IMG/VR virus record: IMGVR_UViG_651703002_000001
Location: 96,001-160,000 of that record
DNA: 64,000 nucleotides
Strand: one strand, 5' to 3'
From: a virus
Lineage: Duplodnaviria; Caudoviricetes
Positions within the stretch are counted from its first letter, which is position 1; the number at the start of each line of letters is the position of its first letter. This document shows, one piece after another, positions 49,901-63,209 of the stretch. The position numbers and the translations under genes were made by a program. The notes beneath the pieces were generated by a model that was not told the DNA's origin, did not search any database, and worked only from the letters and a program-made list of their open reading frames with translations.

Positions 49901-52900
49901 TTACTCCAACGTTTAGAACTTGGGCAAATATCAGTAACCGGACACTCATCACAATAACCGGGCGTTAATTGAATTTCAACACCTTTAGCACCCTCATCTT
50001 CACCTAGATAATCTTCACGTTCAATTTGTTCATTGTGTATACAACCCCAAATAGAAGCCTCTTTATTTCCCCAATAGAAAACCGGCATAGTATTTGCGAT
50101 TTTAGTACAAAGTTTCTGTAGCTTGTTCTTTTGAATATCAAGTTGAAGAATATGTTTTTTCTTAAGATCTTGATACTCTTCTTCTGTCAAAATATATTGC
50201 ATTAAATAAACTCCAATTTAAGGAAAGACCTTTTAGATTGGCAACGTTTCGACCACCCAGCATAGGAACACCTAGATATGAATCCCAATGAATCCCATAT
50301 TCGTCTTTTGCAGGATATCGGTAAACGTGGATCATACTTACATCGGTATATGACTTCCTCCACAAATAATATCCCGGTTCTGATGGCGAATCATCAGTAA
50401 ACTCATTAAGATTAATATTCATTAGCATTGCACCTCTACATGGGAAACTGAATCTTTCAATGATTCGAATGTATCACATAAAACCACACCATTCCAAGGA
50501 ATTTGATGATACAAAAACACATTAACATATGTTGCTTCATCCCCAGTATAATATTGCTTGATTTCAAACTGGAATTGATCACCATCAATAACAAATTTAC
50601 CAGCACAATCATCTGTGTAAACGTGTTTCCAACGTTCGAAGTCGTCCGATACAATACCATATTGGATTGAAACTATATCGTCTCCAAATGCTTCTTGAAA
50701 CGATGTGCGGGTGTATTTAATACCGGTATCCAGATCTGTAATCTCACTAGATCGTTTTACATACTTAATAGATCCATCTTTCATACTAAGAGTGTAATGA
50801 CCGATTGTAATCTTTTTTACAAATTCATTAAGTTTGGTATTCATTGATATTTTCTCTTGAAATCATTCCATACAATGGATGATAGATTATCTGGATGGTT
50901 AGGATCGTGATTTACACCACCAAGGATATAATTTGGATTTTCTTTATAGTCTTTCCAGAGTTCTGCTTCATTACGCAAGACCCTCAAATTTGCCATATCA
51001 GTTTTGATTGCAAACATCATATGGTCTGGCTCTTGCTCCATCATAGTTTCCAACCAACCCATAGCACGGTCATAACGGTTTTTAATCGACATATTAAAAC
51101 CTCATTACGAATTCATCATCAGGTAAACGATAATCAGTGCTTTGATAATGTTACCATCCGCACACACAAAATCATATCCGCACACATCACCATAAATTTC
51201 TGAGAGTTGTTCACCAAAGAAAGCGAAAGACTCACCATCTTCACGATTTACACTGATATTATGATTCATAATCAGTGTAATTGCAATAGAATCATCATCA
51301 CACCAATTCTTTACAGGGAAAGTAGTTCCATCATCATAAACCAATGCGTGACATTCTTCATTATAATCCCAATGCTGAAGACCATAATAAACTTGAGTGA
51401 ACAACACATTGATTTGATCGTTGGTCATAAACTTATAAGGATGAAGTGTATTCATTTAGATAGGCCCTCTTGTAGGGTCTTACGAATCGTTTCCTTGCAT
51501 TCTTCGGAGGTTTGGTTACTACCACACCAAACTGATTCGGCAACGCCTTTAAGGCCCTGCTCATGCACGTTCATGGCGGCATATCCAACCAACGCGATCT
51601 GGGAAATAATCCCCAAGAAAACAAAGATGAAAATACCTGTGATGATCTTGTTGATGTGGCGGAAGAACCAAGGATCACTATTAAAGCTTCCTGTACTGCG
51701 AATATTACGTTTCATGTTTATGCCTCTAAAATATAATCTGGTTGTAATGTGGTGTCTGTTAAGTAGGCAGAATATTCTCCTGACTCTGTAATTAAATGGT
51801 ATAGCATGTCGTCATCAAAATCAATTGTTATTTTTACTTCTTTTACGATTTCACCACAAATTTTACTGTCTGGGTGAACCATATGAGAGTTAATTAAAGT
51901 ACCAACGAAATGATGACTCAGACGATTAATCAATATATCCATGATTTTTTATCCTATATCTTGAAGAATACAAATGGTTCGGTCGGCTGGGTTAGCGTGA
52001 ACATCATAGAATCCTTTGAACTGACCTGACCTGACGATGAAAGAATTTCCCCAGCCGATAGAAACCTTTTCATACTCCATACCATGAAACTTAAAGAAAC
52101 GTTCTGCCATTTCTTCACTATGGCCTGAGATCCATTCGATTTCAACACGGAAAGCACCAGTAGGGAGAAGTTCAAAAGTTTTCATAATAATTTCCTCAGT
52201 TAAACCACGGGTCATTAAGCATCTCTTCGATTCGGTTTTGAGTATCTTTAATCTCTACTTCCGTATCAGCTAGAATACAAGTATATTCGTTTTTAGCCCA
52301 AGGGTCAAGATCTTTTGTCAGTTCGTGGCGACAATATGCGGCCTTTTTACCAAGGGTTTCCAACTTCTTCATGTTCAGTTCAACGTAATGGTTCATATCA
52401 ATATCTCCCCTGAATCAACTAAGCCCATTCTACACGAACGGGCTTAGGATGCAACAACTATTTATATTTATTTTCTACATAACGAAGTTCAAACCATTGT
52501 GCAATTTCATTCAAGAATAAAATAATATGTTCTGTCGATTTCGGTAATTCAAATCCAAGTCTATCAATTAGTTTTGACACATCCACTACATCAATAGGGC
52601 CATCTGTATTTGAATAATATTGTTTTCCAGAAATTCGTCCAGTTGTCAAGTTTCTTTGCTCAACATCAATAAAATAAAGATTGTTGTTAGCATCCCTGAA
52701 AAACCATTCGTTAAGTTTAACCGGACTATTCCAAATATCAGTTAGTAGTTCATCATTAAATTTCATTTCAGACCATCTTTTAATGTTTTCATAATTGGAT
52801 ATGGGTTGGTATCTTCATTCTCAATCTCAATATCATTGGTATCAAAATCCGCCTGAAGAGTATACAGATCCGGTAAGCCCAACTCTTTCAATATGTGGTC

Positions 52901-54241
52901 TACTGTATAATCACAGTAAAAATTCTCATCCATCAAAGTATCGAGACTTACAATAAATTCCCAATCGTCATAAGAACGAGTAAAAACTTGACACCTATAA
53001 TTATCATTCAATAGCGCATTTATTACCATATCCTGTAATTTATCTTTACAAATATGAATATCCTCAAACTCTACTTCTTTCCCTATATGTAAATGTTTGA
53101 AATAATAGTATGTTTGGAAATAAGAATCATCATATGTACTATCCACACAATCGAAATAGTCTAGGAATTCTTCTGCGGTTACCAACACATAACCATCTTG
53201 TGTGTAGTCAGGATGGATCTTATTATAAGGGAAATATGCTCTATTTCCAGACTTATCGTGACAAGATACCCAATCGTCATCAAGTTCTATCATTTTAACA
53301 TAGCCTGCTTAAGTTCTTCAGGACTAAAATATTCCTGTTCAAGATATACTTTTGGACCATAATGAGAATATTTCTCAATCCAAAGGAATTCACACACAGA
53401 ACCGTGAGAGTCTTTACCTAGCCAAAAATAACCTTCGTCTTGACCATCGTTAACTTTTTGAAACTCGGGTTTTTGTGTACATACAAACGGCCCATATCGA
53501 CCGTCCCAAAACTGCGTACCAACTTCAATCTTTTCAATAATGCTTTTCATAATCAGACCGCCATAAAAGAAGTAACAAAATAGTAAACGCCGTAGTACCA
53601 AACAAATTCAGCAATAAGACCGATTGGGTGTTGGATATAAGTAAGCGTACCATCACCAAATATTTTATTGTTAATTACCAGCAGTCGATAAATTGGGGCT
53701 TTCATGTAAAAATATGATCCGAGTACCACCAGTACCAGAGAGATACATTCCATAACAGACAAGGTAAAAAGCCAAGTATTGATATAATCAAACATAATAA
53801 TTTCCTCAGTTAAATTTGGCGACAACGCCCATAAACATTTCGACATTCTCATTAAAGAACTTGATAACCGAATCACAGGCTTCAAGTTGGGTTTTCTTTT
53901 TACGGAGAACCGGTTTATTAACACTACTCAGAAGAACTTTAAACTTCTTTTCGTCTTCATGCAAGATGAATTGGATGATCCGACCGTTGAAATATTTTAC
54001 ACCAGATTCAACATCCTTACCAGTAGCCATAAACGTAACCGTCGTATCAGCTTTACCAATACACCAGTTAGGATATGCTTGGATGTAAGGAAGAAGAACA
54101 GGATCCAGCTTAGACAAAATATAATCCACGTTTGCTTGCATTGCTGCGATACGGGTTGCTTTGTCCAATTCGTATTTTTCAGCGGTCATCATATTCAATT
54201 CCTCAGTTCGTTTCGATATGGTTAATATAACCTATCTGGAT

Positions 54242-54628
54242 TTAGAAAACAACCGTAATTTCTTCTGTATTGTGATACTCGTGTACTGTTCCGTAATCAG
54301 TTTCTACCTGAATAAGGGTCTTACAAATCATAACATCGGTAATCTTACCTCGATTTTCGCCAAAATAGAACAACTCTTTTCCTACCAACGATTCCCTTAA
54401 AATGCGGTCGAAATGTGATGTTTTATATTCAGGTACTACTTGACTAAACTCAGAATCCTCATAACACAAAAAGTTGGATTCTTTATTATCAGGATCTCGA
54501 ACATAAACTCTAACTCTGTCAGCTTCTTTACTCACAGATGAAACGGTAAACTTGATATCAGCCCATGGGACAATTTTCATACCACGTTCAAGATCTTTAG
54601 CCAAAACAATTTGAGTTTTCATAATCAA
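54242..54628 (-). CDS. Hypothetical protein, paralog of 56653-57060
   Basis: MKTQIVLAKDLERGMKIVPWAD versus MKTKIVLGKDLEIGMRICAWGD. Confidence 0.7.
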   Translation of the reverse strand: MIMKTQIVLAKDLERGMKIVPWADIKFTVSSVSKEADRVRVYVRDPDNKESNFLCYEDSEFSQVVPEYKTSHFDRILRESLVGKELFYFGENRGKITDVMICKTLIQVETDYGTVHEYHNTEEITVVF

Positions 54629-55985
54629 TCCTTTTATTTTTTGTTAAACCAAATCAACAAGCCAAATATTACCACAAAACCAATAACCGTTTCAAGAACA
54701 AAAGCATTTAAAAACGTCATTAAATTTCTCTCAATATTTTCTCTGCAAGATCGAAATCATAATCGTTTTTGAAATTGATTTCAACATATTCCTGACAGAA
54801 TGTGACGGAATGGGGACGGATATTGCTATCATCAAAAAGTTGATGTAGATAGCTAAATGAGAATTCAAAATCAGACTTAACGAAAATTATGCTTTTCATT
54901 TACATATCCAAATAAATATCACTTGCGGTTTCTAAATCTTCATCAGAATAAAATGTGAAGATAACCCCATCACCATAAGTAACGTGTTCATCAATAACCC
55001 ATTCATAACGAATCCCTTTTGAATCCAATAGAGCTGTGTATTGATCGAAATAACAGTTCCAACAATCAAACCATAGTGTAAACATTATATTACCCCACCT
55101 GAAGATCGTTCCCCTCGAATCCTAGAAACCAAACCGTTAAACCCAACCTCCAAGTTATAACATGTACATTCTGGGATGTTATCGTTATATAAAGAAATTA
55201 GGTTATTACCATATCCAACGGTAAGGATTACATCTTCCTGACCACACATATCAACAACAAATGAATCCGACTTAAGAAGATTTTTAACAATATATTCTCG
55301 ACGAAATTCTTGATCCTCTTCATGTCTGGTAATGGTAACAGCATCACCGTTCTGTAATTGTTTCCTTTCTCCGAAGTCATACAGCGCACCATCAATAAAC
55401 GCATATTGCCATTGCATTGAGTTTACATGACGGTTTCCAATAGTGTATTCATAACTATGCATAGAAACAAACTTCAGTTCTATTCCGTTACTTAAAAGGA
55501 TCTTTCCAAACAAGTGACATATATCAACAATCGGGAGATTTTGATTGTCAACTCCATCAAAGATATCACCGATTTTTAGTTTTTTCCACGTATTCGCTTT
55601 GATAAAAATCATTATTCTTCCCTCAATGATTTTGCGATTTGTTCCAGTTCGTCAATATTACCACGAAGAGATTCGCGTTGCCAGAAATAATCGTCACCAC
55701 GATCCGATTCGAGATTATAAGATTCTTGAATCTTTGTATCCAGTTCCTTGATATTGCTATAAACTAATATAATCTTTTCCAGATTTTTGTGACCTTCTTC
55801 AACAAATCTGTCCGTGTACATCTGATGACTATTACCTTGGATAAATAAAATCCGGTCGTTGATTTGGTCATCAACGACATAAGTTTTACCAACAATCAAA
55901 GTACGTTCCATATCAAGATTGTCTACGCATACTACATTTTGACCGCTTTTAAATTTCATGATTATCTCCTTTCATTTAATAAAAA

Positions 55986-56016
55986 GAGTATCCCACAAAC
56001 GGGGATACTCTGTCAA
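55986..56016 (-). promoter_or_regulatory. Hairpin-embedded sigma70 promoter
   Basis: TTGACA-18-GATACT; GAGTATCCC/GGGATACTC inverted repeat. Confidence 0.75.
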
Positions 56017-58033
56017 TTATTTTTTCACATACCAAGGAACAAGAATATCCCTAACATCGATAGTTTTTTCTTCACCGGTACTGGTTCGGATTACGATATT
56101 ATGAAAATTAGTATAACACTCTGATGTATCTTTGATAACAGTCACAAGCTCACCATTATACAAAACTTCTTTTACCAACATCTGGCCGGTGTAACCAATT
56201 GGATACCCTTCACCCATTTCCTCTTCCAGATCCATCGAATTAAACTCTTGAATCTCTTCTGGGTCATCAATGGAACGAATGTAAGAAAGAACGTTCATTG
56301 CAGACGATTTATCTTTCCATTCGATGTGTTCATCACACTTTCGACCGGCTTGGGTTGACAATGCAACAAATTGATCATCAAGAAAATACAAACGAATACC
56401 AACATAAGTATCAGTACAATAATGATTTGCTGCCCAATAACATTTTAGGCGAATATTATCATCTGGTTGTTTGAGGCTCCAACTATTAGCAGAGTAATTC
56501 AATTCGTTACAAAATAATTCAAGATTCCAACGAATGGAAGTTTCTTCATTTTGCTCACTTTTATCTACATTGTTGATCAGATCAATTAGTTTCATAATTA
56601 CTTTCCTCTATTGGTAGATACACATTATCTTATGGTTACAACTAACTGTCAACTAGATTTCCAAATTTATTTGTTCTGATTGATAATAATCTTCGTATCC
56701 AATTTCAGTATGTATCCGAATACATGGACCATCAGCCCCATTTTCCATAGTTACATCAGTCACAAAACAACCATCCCACATAGTTTTACCAATAAGATAA
56801 TCGCATAGAATACTTTTTGCGGTTATTGGTGTATCATCAACAATCCAATACCAGTCTGTTGGTGCGATATTTCTATCATACCCAGCAAGCGCAGGATCAT
56901 CATTTTTGTGAATGGGATCTAATGTAATGGTTTTATCATAATGTTCTTGATTAACACCCACATAATCTCTTATATGTGAAATTGTAGCGTACAAATCACC
57001 CCATGCACAAATTCTCATACCAATTTCTAAATCTTTACCTAGAACAATTTTAGTTTTCATTTCCATGCTCCTGTACATATTGGATAGTGTCCCATAAGGT
57101 AGCTTTAACGATATCACACTTGGTTATATATTTCAGAGAATTGATATTATTTACTTTCAATACTCGGGCATTTCCTGTCGGAGTATATTTCCATGCATTT
57201 AGAGATAAAAAGGAATCAACGAATTCCTCATTATCACCGCATTCGATTTTCATCAACCGTTCCATTTAAAAATCGAGTCCTTCTACTTTATTGTCTATAT
57301 TAAAAACATATACATCTCGGTATGGATGATCGTCACCAACAAAAAGAATGAATCCATCTTTCTCTTTATTATATGTTCCGTATATTTCGAAAGAATAAAC
57401 CCCATTATCATTTTCTGGGTCTTCCCATAAAATTGTGCGATCTCCATAAGAGGTACACCACTTAGCGTCAGGGAAAAATCGAATATTCCAATGGATATCA
57501 ACACCAAAAAACTTTTCAAATACGTTTATTTCATTGGTGATTTTATCAAAACTTTGCTTTAACATTTGAATTTCCTCAACCGTTCCATTTAAGATATTTT
57601 CCTTCTTTCAGAAGATCTTTAGCGATACCGACAGTCTCGCTCATAACATCTTCCAAACATCCTTTTAAATATCCTTTCCAACCATCTTGTCCTACAGTAC
57701 CACAACAAATCTCAACATGCCATGAATTTGTTTCATTAAATTTGGAAATTGATATATTGTGGTTATCTGGATGATATGGTTTGAAAATACCGTTTATATA
57801 ATATAGATTTTTATCTCCATCACGAATCCATTCCGGATCATTACAAAGATATTCCATGGTTTCTATTGACGCGATATGACAAGATATCTCAAATGCTTCC
57901 TGATCGCCCCAACTGTCCATAGCAGCCTCTATATCAGATTCTATAATATGTTCTATCTTGTCTGCAAGAGCTGGCGAGATATCATTGATAAGACGGATCA
58001 GCTCATCACGTTTCATATTGTTATACAGATACA

Positions 58034-58491
58034 TTATTCTATCCTATATTTGAAACCAAACATTGCTACAGTCGGGATCACATCAATAACGATATCAAAA
58101 TTTGGTATCGGTGTATGAAAAGAAACTCAGCAGCAACAATAGGAATTATACCAGAGTTTCCCAACTCAAAGCTAGTTCCACTGTAAACATTATTTTCTCC
58201 AAAATGGGTCCCCTTCTTATATCCAGAAGCAAGCCCAAATCTATAACCAAGATCTACATATTCAGACTCATATAAATTATCAGAATAAGAAAGTTGTATT
58301 GACTTCGATTCTATTGAATTGGATTGAACGTAGATAACTGACATATTATCTACTTGTATGCCAATTGATGGATGAGTTTCATTCTGATTACCAGACTTGA
58401 AATGTTTACTAAATCCACCACCAATTAGGTATACATCGTTTGCAAATATTGCAGTTGATATAAGAGCGGTTGCCAATATCATATATTTCAT
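58034..58491 (-). CDS. Secreted beta-barrel-like outer-membrane protein; apparent frameshift near 58120
   Basis: Signal peptide MKYMILATALISTAIFA and amphipathic strands; adding one base gives C terminus ...TPIPNFDIVIDVIPTVAMFGFKYRIE*. Confidence 0.6.
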
Positions 58492-58856
58492 TTTATTTCC
58501 TTTTAAGTGTAACAACGCTCTTATTTAAATTAACTCTCTTGAACAACGGCCTTCAAAACGAAAGTTGATGGAACTTGAGCATCTTCAGGGGCGTTAACAA
58601 AATCGAAATCAGTCCAATCGATTGTCTTTTCGATAACCATTTCAGAAAATCCACCGGCCTTACTAAGGTCTTTCCGGATCTCCATCAATGTATTAATATC
58701 TTGATTGAACACACATACCATGTTCCGGCCTTCACACTTACCATCTACGTTATAGATGACTTGTACACGGTCAATGATATGACCACGGGAAGCGAACAGG
58801 TTTTTGAACTTGATAGCGATATCTTTCATGGGTAACTCCTTTTGTTTCGACAAAGA

Positions 58857-58887
58857 GAGTATCCCACAAACTGGGATACTCTGTCAA
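58857..58887 (-). promoter_or_regulatory. Hairpin-embedded sigma70 promoter
   Basis: TTGACA-18-GATACT; GAGTATCCCA/TGGGATACTC inverted repeat. Confidence 0.75.
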
Positions 58888-60910
58888 ACTTTTTATTCGG
58901 AAACCACGAAATACTTCAGATCGAACCATTGGTAAAAATATGGTTCGTTTGTGCTTGAATTCAAAGTGTCATCACTCCAATCGTCAGTGTCTGGGTTAAA
59001 TTCCAGAATATCATCATCAACAAACTCATACATACCTGAGCATGGGATAAATCCACTGCTCGAAATTCCAGTAGCAACAAACTTACCCTTTGGCATTTCT
59101 TTTACTTCAACTAGTTTCATATTAAGCCCTTTCTGTTTCAAAACAACGATTATTTGGTTTATCTTCACTCAAAGATCCAAACTTAATGATCCACGCCACA
59201 CCTTTATATTTTACCGCGAAAGTGTGGAAATAATAATTAAATTCAGTTCCACTTTCAACCATTTCTCTTGAAGAAACTGAATGGTAGATTAGATCAATAA
59301 TCTCATACTTTATAGCGGATTCAAATTGCTCTGCATGTTGGAATGGAAACACATCTACATCTGTTCCTATTGCACTCATATATTCATGAGTGTACATCCA
59401 CTTCAATCCATCACAAACGTGGTTGTCATGATCCTCAATGTACATAAATTGTTTAATTGGTAGCCCATAATCATCAAACATTTCATCACAATCGTAATCA
59501 AAATATTTGGTTACTACCTTTGAAAGGTCTAGTTCTTCACCTTCTGGGATTCCTACACAAACAACGCCACTATACATCTCATCATCAACAAAATCAAAAG
59601 ATGAACTTCTTGCCCACCAATTAATTTCCAATCCCGGTAACGGTAGGGGATCAACCCCTACCTCATATACATTAATTGTTTTCAATATAATCACCAATGA
59701 TTGATTTTAGGTTTTTCTTTGCGGTCTTAAGTTTGTGTTCAATCCCATCTAATACCAGTTCAGCATCAAATCGTTCTTTGTCTAGCTGTTTAATCTTCTT
59801 CATCAGTTCAACAACCTGACCCTCATCAGTTCCCATATCCGAGGAAACGACTGGAACAACCGCACGGGTTTCTGGCTTTTTGGAACGTGGTTTTACTGGC
59901 TTAGGTTCAATATCTTGATTACGAAGGATTTCATAGTTAAGACCACTGACACTATAGACGATACCCAACTTACGAAGGAATGGATTTAATCCGGTTTTTG
60001 GACGAATTACAATGATAAACGGTCCATGATTTTTAATATCAGACCAAATGTTGGTATATAAAAATCCATTTTCTTTCATAAATCGATAGATACGAATACC
60101 AATACCGCTTCCATGTCTGTCTAGATATTTTATGTGTTCTGTATCATATGAAGTGTTAAAACAAGAAACAAACTCGCTGAAGTTATTTCCTTGCAGCAAC
60201 CAACGTTTAATAACACGGCGATCTTGAACTTTACGGCGAGAGTGTTTAGCAGTAGATCGAATTGTTGCTTTTCCTGAACTCATATTATTCCCCTTTTTTC
60301 CAGTCTTGAACAGCTTGATTGAATGCCAGATCGTTGTAACCGGTTTGGTTCCATTCATCTCTAATGTAATCGACAGTCAATTCAGTTTCAAGACATTTAA
60401 CTGAAGCAACTACAAAATCCCGTTCGGAATAGGTTTCTGGGCTCTCATACAGAACACCATTCAAAAGAACCACAATATCATATGGTTCTGGTACATTGAG
60501 ATTGGTAGCCCACAAACGAGGATGGAGTTTGAAACTATTTTCAAACTCCACGTTTCCGTAATAATCGATGGAAAGTGTACCGGATTCGTCTTTGAAAATA
60601 TCAGGATTACCACGTTCAAATTCGTAGTGTTCCAACTCACGAATCGGATTCAGAAGACCGGTAATGATCGAGATATTTTGTGTTTCCATGAATTCGTTAT
60701 AGATATATTTGATATTTTTCATAATTTCCTCTTACAAAATAAAGTAAAGAACAACACCAACAATAACAGCACAAATCCAATTCTCTTTGTACTTCTCGAT
60801 TTTGAACATAGTACGGCGAAGGGCGAAAGAAAAGTGAGTCATAATTATTTCCTTTTTGATGTGTCGTTTCAATATGGATATATTACCAGAACTACGGACC
60901 AACGCAAGTA

Positions 60911-61231
60911 TTATTTCTTGGAACGAAGGAACTCACGCATTTCTTTAGCAGAGAAAACATAAGTCACTTTACCATCCTCATAAGTTTTCTTGGTGATGGT
61001 AAAAGTACCGGTCTGGCCTTTCTTAGCATTGTAATACCAGTTATGTTTACCAACGTTGCGGTTGTTCAACTCGATACCAGATTCGGTTTTGATACTAATA
61101 CGCTGATCATCTTTAAAAGTTTTGACGAACTTGGTCACGGTGGCAGTTTCAACGAAAGATTCGGTGTTAACAACTTTGTTACAACCAACCAGAGCGAACA
61201 GAGCGAAGACAACAACCAGCAGCTTTTTCAT
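60911..61231 (-). CDS. Lipoprotein, paralog of 62889-63209
   Basis: Lipobox LVGC after MKKLLVVVF; similar beta-rich body. Confidence 0.7.
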   Translation of the reverse strand: MKKLLVVVFALFALVGCNKVVNTESFVETATVTKFVKTFKDDQRISIKTESGIELNNRNVGKHNWYYNAKKGQTGTFTITKKTYEDGKVTYVFSAKEMREFLRSKK

Positions 61232-61313
61232 TTCGTTTTCCGTGTTTCGTTTCGATGTAGGTATAATAGCAAAGGGCTTATCCGAAGACAAGCCCTTTTA
61301 AAACTATTTTCAA

Positions 61314-62138
61314 TCAATCGTGAAGTTTCGGACGCTGGATTACAGTCTGGTTAGTACCTTTATACTCTTCATGAGCTTTGATACTGAATGACATTACACC
61401 AGTCTCTCCTTTATGGGGAATGGAGTTCAAAGAGCTACCCATATATTTGAAACTGCGACCTTCTGAGTCAACCATCACCGCGATGTAAACAGCGTAATCG
61501 TTATAGAACTGAGGAGCCTTCACACACATTACAAATGTGGTAGTCAATTCCATTTTCTTCACACGGTCACCAACAGCACCGAAGAATTCATTCTTTGCAT
61601 TCATCTTGAACTGGTGATCCGCAATTCCATTCTCAATAGCGGTCTTTTGAGCCTCAGACATAGAGCAGTAATGGCAGCAAGATTCTACAATCTCTTCAAT
61701 CCACTCATAACCAGTAGCCAGACCAGCATCAAACAATTCTTTGTGAGTGTCAAAGTAAGCTTCTCGCTTGGCATCCCATTCAATCTGTGCGGCCTTCTGA
61801 GCAACTTCTTTATCAGTCAACCCACCATTACGTTCCCGCTCTGCTTCGTTGCGCTTACGAGTTTCTAGGGCCTTCTGTGCGTTATTAAAAGCCTTACGTT
61901 CGGCCTTGACAGCATCAATCAATTTAGTGTCATTGGTATAGTTCACACACTCACAACCAACAACAAATTTCTGACCATTTGCATCATGGATCATGTAGTT
62001 GTAAATGATACCAGTACCACAAACATGACAAGAGCCAGCACCATAACCTTGAGGAAGCGCAGCATAATCTTGCATAGTAGCAGTATCCTTGTTTGGCATT
62101 TTGAACATACCAACACAACGGAAAGGAGCCTTTACCAT
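61314..62138 (-). CDS. Hypothetical protein with Cys-rich N terminus
   Basis: CHVCG...VGCEC putative Zn site, central coiled coil, beta-rich C terminus. Confidence 0.7.
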   Translation of the reverse strand: MVKAPFRCVGMFKMPNKDTATMQDYAALPQGYGAGSCHVCGTGIIYNYMIHDANGQKFVVGCECVNYTNDTKLIDAVKAERKAFNNAQKALETRKRNEAERERNGGLTDKEVAQKAAQIEWDAKREAYFDTHKELFDAGLATGYEWIEEIVESCCHYCSMSEAQKTAIENGIADHQFKMNAKNEFFGAVGDRVKKMELTTTFVMCVKAPQFYNDYAVYIAVMVDSEGRSFKYMGSSLNSIPHKGETGVMSFSIKAHEEYKGTNQTVIQRPKLHD

Positions 62139-62208
62139 GACCTTGAGATTCCCACTTGTTCATTTCCATGATTCATTCCTCAAAAGTTATGTCCCAATCG
62201 ACAAAACA

Positions 62209-62238
62209 AGTATCCCACATATGAGATACCCCAGTCAA
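62209..62238 (-). promoter_or_regulatory. Degenerate hairpin-embedded sigma70 promoter
   Basis: TTGACT-18-GATACT; GTATCCCA/TGAGATAC. Confidence 0.65.
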
Positions 62239-62888
62239 CAATTATTTTTCAACTATATCGAAGAACTGACTTTCGGTTTCTACACATATATAGAAATAAA
62301 TTGTGCTTGGATCCCAACAAGCGTCAAGACCGATATCAATGTTCCACCAAGTTTTTCCATCATCACATGTGTCTATGTAATCAACGTCAAATGTTCCATC
62401 AAAGTTGATTACATCCATCAATTTTTTATTTGTTGGATCCATTGCCAAGAACTGATCTTTATGTTCATCCGATTTAAATTTAATTATCATAAAACCTCTT
62501 AAGATATAAACACCTAAATCCAAAAATCTTTCTTTTCTACCACTTCATGGGTTTCAACAACAAGATAAGTTTTCATCATAGCATTGATGAGTTTCACAGT
62601 AGCATCCCGAGACAAATCAGCCTTTCGGATATTGTAAAGCTTCCAGTAGATAAGATAACTATAAACTTTATTATACCGTTGATGACTACCAAGACGATAC
62701 ATAGTACAAGTATCAAAAGCAACCCAAGGTTTGAACTCAATACCAAACCCATGAGTCTTTAACCACTTCTTAATAGAATCCTGCTCTTTAAAGAATCGAT
62801 TTTCTGTATAGACAACAAACACGATCCAACAGATAAGACCAACAACAAACAGACAAATCAAAGTTGAAACTATAATCTGGGTCATAAT

Positions 62889-63209
62889 TTATTTCCTCAA
62901 GAAATCTTTAGTTTGACTACGGTCAATATTATAAGTCACATCACCATCATCCCAAACAGCTTTAGTAACATTCACATTAAACTTATCACCAACCTGAGCA
63001 GCACATCCACTACATCGTTTAGCTACATACTGGTCAATAACAATACCATCAGAAGTACGAACTACAATCCTTTGATGTTTATAACGCTTCTCAAAGGAAG
63101 TAACAACGACATTATCACTATAAGTATTTTCACTAATAACTTTAGGAAAATTAGGAAAACACCCAGACAACAATACCACACTAACAAGAGAAATACACCA
63201 TAGCTTCAT
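62889..63209 (-). CDS. Lipoprotein
   Basis: Lipobox LSGC. Confidence 0.7.
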   Translation of the reverse strand: MKLWCISLVSVVLLSGCFPNFPKVISENTYSDNVVVTSFEKRYKHQRIVVRTSDGIVIDQYVAKRCSGCAAQVGDKFNVNVTKAVWDDGDVTYNIDRSQTKDFLRK

